Source: Intoshia linei
Taxonomy: Eukaryota; Animalia; Orthonectida
DNA length: 35,768 nucleotides
Direction: 5' to 3'
Assembly (NCBI GenBank): GCA_001642005.1
Contig: LWCA01000260.1
Coordinates: forward strand, 1 to 35,768
How positions within the stretch are numbered: the first letter of the stretch is position 1; every line of letters begins with the position of its first letter. The translations under genes and the position numbers were made by a program. The notes under the pieces were generated by a model. The model saw nothing but the letters and a program-made list of their open reading frames with translations. It did no database searches and was not told the origin of the DNA. Below are positions 32,949-35,768 of the stretch, one piece after another.

Positions 32949-34954
32949 TCAAAAATAAATTTATTTTCATTTTTTTAATAATTTTTTCGTATATCTTATA
33001 TAAATATTTCAATAATTACGCTATGGAATAAAATGAAACTTAGTCATCCATTAGAATGCAATTTCTTAATTGTAGTGATAAAATAATTTTTTTATTGCGC
33101 ATCCGAAAAGTTTGGTTTCTGCATGATTCGATAGGGGTTTTCGGCTTTTTCACTTGATTCACCTGTAACTTTTCATATATTCGACATCTACGTATTCGAT
33201 AACCTTAACTAATAATTTAACCCATCAATAAACTCTATTAAAAAAATAAATATTGACTAAATAGTATTCTCATTATCAATTAGTAAATATTAATTATTTT
33301 TAAGTTGATGTTATAAATTTCAAAATAAATTTTAATTTACGAGATTATTATAAAATATCTACAATTTGAAACTAAAATAATGGTGATGCGCGAAAATTTT
33401 TTTCATTTTGTTGGACCGTGTTATATTTCATAAATTTAAAGACTGATATATTAACAAGATGTAATAATATAATAAACCATTTTCAAATCATTATTTTCCA
33501 AATATAATGAATTGATGATAGTTGAATTTGAATCATTAGTTTCTTGTAAAGATTTAATTTTGGATAGACTAAACTCTAAATCTTGTTTAAGGTTTTTCTC
33601 AGAAACCTAAAAATTTCATTACTCTGGATAAATTAAGACTACCTTTAAAATTTTATATTTTTTAATTATATTTTGACAATCACATTTAGGATAATTTTGA
33701 CCATTTGATTCAGGTTTTTGGGCTTTAGGTGGTGAGCTAACATTAGGGTTTCTCTCAACCTTTTCCTTTCGACGTATTTTCCCATTATTTTCACTAAATT
33801 GAATGTTTAATTATCAATGTATGAGTACCATATTAATAATTAATGCATACCATTTTAATATTGGAAGTTTTTTCATATATTTTACATTCATTTTAACTGA
33901 AGTCGAAAATAATGAATCGTAGCTAATCGGTTCAACCTCATTTAATTGAATTTTACCATTCCTTAATGTCCCCAAGGGTCTTAATTTCAATATCACGTCA
34001 TTCTTCATTAATTACTATCGGTTTGTTAGGAATTAAATCTATGGTTATTTTATAATCTGTTTAATTTTCGTGACAAAAATTAATTTTACAATTTTAATTA
34101 TTGGGTTGCAACATGCAGTTGCGAGAAAACCTTTGTTTGATCAATTATCCTTCTTGACAACTTTCTAATTAATTTGTGTACAGATACAAATCTAAAATCT
34201 AGATCAACTTAAAGTAGATAGTTGAAAATTCTATTTTATGTAATTATTAATTATTCCTATAATTTTAAAAATTTTATGAGAGCATAAGCTGACTAAACAT
34301 TTTGAATTATCCCATTCATTGTTGTATTGGACAGTTTTTTAATTTTATCACTAATACCTTTCTAACTTTGAAGCTACTTTAGTTACAATGATTGATAAGA
34401 TGTTCAAAGAATTAATAGCTTGGCCATAGTTTTGTTTTTTAAATAACAGAAAATTCTGATTGGTTTAAAATTAAGGTTATTGACATTCCTCGTTGGGATA
34501 AAATTAGGCCCTCATTCTAAAAAAAATTTCGTTGAGCACCCTGAAGAGGGGTTTCGGATACTGTAGGTTCGGTACTGAGTAGGGTATCTTTTATATATAA
34601 TTTTACAGAATTATATAAAGAAATATTTATCTATGGAAGATCAATGAACAGAAATCTTCATTAGATATTGAAATGTTAGTTTACTATAATAATTTACTAA
34701 AATTTAATTAAAAATTTATTAAAGCGGTGTTGTAATATACAAATAATAAAATGCAAACAAAATTAATATACAACATGTTGATACATTTCTAATTGAATAA
34801 TATTCCAAATAATTTTCAAATTTAATTTGAAAAATCGGATAAAATATTTTATGCAAACAGACATTTTTTACGCAAACATGTTGATATCGGTCATTTTCGA
34901 CTTCATATCTAAAAATAATTATTAATGATTTCTCAGGTTGAACTCTCAGGTTGT

Positions 34955-35257
34955 ATTTATATCAACTGGTATAAGCTCTATCAGAATAATCTTTTATTTA
35001 AATTTTCGGACTGTTAATTATTTCACATTTTTTGTTTTAATAAAATATTTTAAAAAAAAAATAATTGAATACTAAAATGCTTTTTTGACCGTGAAGTCGT
35101 CATTTATTCGGAATGGAATTTTTTGTGTGTGTTAACAGGATACAACTGTACCACCTGTAATTTTTTTAAAATAGGGCTGTTTTTATTAAAAAAAGATGGG
35201 TAATTTGGGGTTTTGGCTCTGAAGATATAATTTGTTTAAATTTAAATTTATGATAAT
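34955..35257 (-). mobile_element. Helitron family A internal fragment
   Basis: Inverted match to ~8010-8315 and direct match to 26434-26730. Cut at 35257 by a hAT end. Confidence 0.8.
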
Positions 35258-35768
35258 CAGTGGTAATCAATAAATTATTGCATTAGCAATAATTGTAATA
35301 AATTTATTGCAATAATTTATTTTTGACAAAAAATATATTGGAGCAATAATTTAAAATATTTCAACAGTTATTATTAAAGTTTTATTAGTTAACTAATGAA
35401 GAAGATAACTAAACTTACTTACTTATATACTAAATATTATATACCAAACTTTAAAATATATTATCACTCAAAAATCCACTTTTCAATGAAATTTTTTGAA
35501 GCCTATGTTAACTTGAACAAAGACCCAAAGTATGAAAATATGTGGGTTTGTAAGCTGTGTAAAAAAATGCGCAAAAAAACCTGGTACCGGATACAGTAAT
35601 TTAGAAACTCATTTGAGCGTTTCACATCCAAATAACAAAAAATTAGCTCTAGAAATGAATTCAGAAAGTATATTAAAATATGTAGAATTAAAAATGAGTA
35701 ATGACAAGAAATGAGTGGAATGGATCGTTATGGAATATCTACCTCTAAATTTCTGTGAAAAAAAATTA
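35258..35768 (+). mobile_element. 5' end of a BED-finger hAT transposon (pseudogenised, runs off the window)
   Basis: Starts CAGTGGTAATCAATAA with repeated GCAATAA subterminal motifs. Frameshifted WVCKLCKKMRKK / PGTGYSNLETHLSVSHP (BED finger), then *VEWIVMEYLPLNFCE. Confidence 0.75.

Noticed and set aside
33600-34460. Possible degraded minus-strand coding region (exon-like pieces or LTR pol-like YKITIDLIPNKPI)
   Set aside because: Many stops and no diagnostic motif. No consistent model could be built; needs BLASTX.

Overview
AT-rich animal genomic DNA with no prokaryotic features. Introns are either tiny (34-68 bp) or inflated by transposon debris. The innexin and PIEZO genes point to a metazoan; a reduced-genome lineage such as an orthonectid is my inference only. 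Host genes reconstructed by hand from GT-AG sites: (1) the 5' two-thirds of a PIEZO channel (minus strand, with one 4.86-kb exon; the pore-forming C-terminus is not in the window); (2) an intact 4-exon Cu/Zn SOD1; (3) a 3-exon orphan gene (~425 aa), head-to-head with SOD1 and tail-to-tail with (4) a 5-exon innexin; (5) a 3-exon, highly divergent LARP1-like gene (La motif + DM15) whose cap-binding residues appear substituted; plus two candidate coiled-coil exons. The rest is nested transposable elements: a non-autonomous Helitron family (about 8 pieces, with A|TC 5' ends and hairpin-CTAG|T 3' ends), Buster, BED and ZMYM1-type hAT remnants, Tc1 and Chapaev3 remnants, pogo-like and hAT MITEs, and two foldback elements. 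The most notable finding is a Helitron with both termini (26071-27851) carrying a ~670-bp decayed fragment of the ERAD E3 ligase MARCHF6/Doa10, an apparent gene capture. There is also a remnant of a duplicated SOD1 next to a hAT element. Protein family calls and residue numbers are from recalled motifs; no database search was run.
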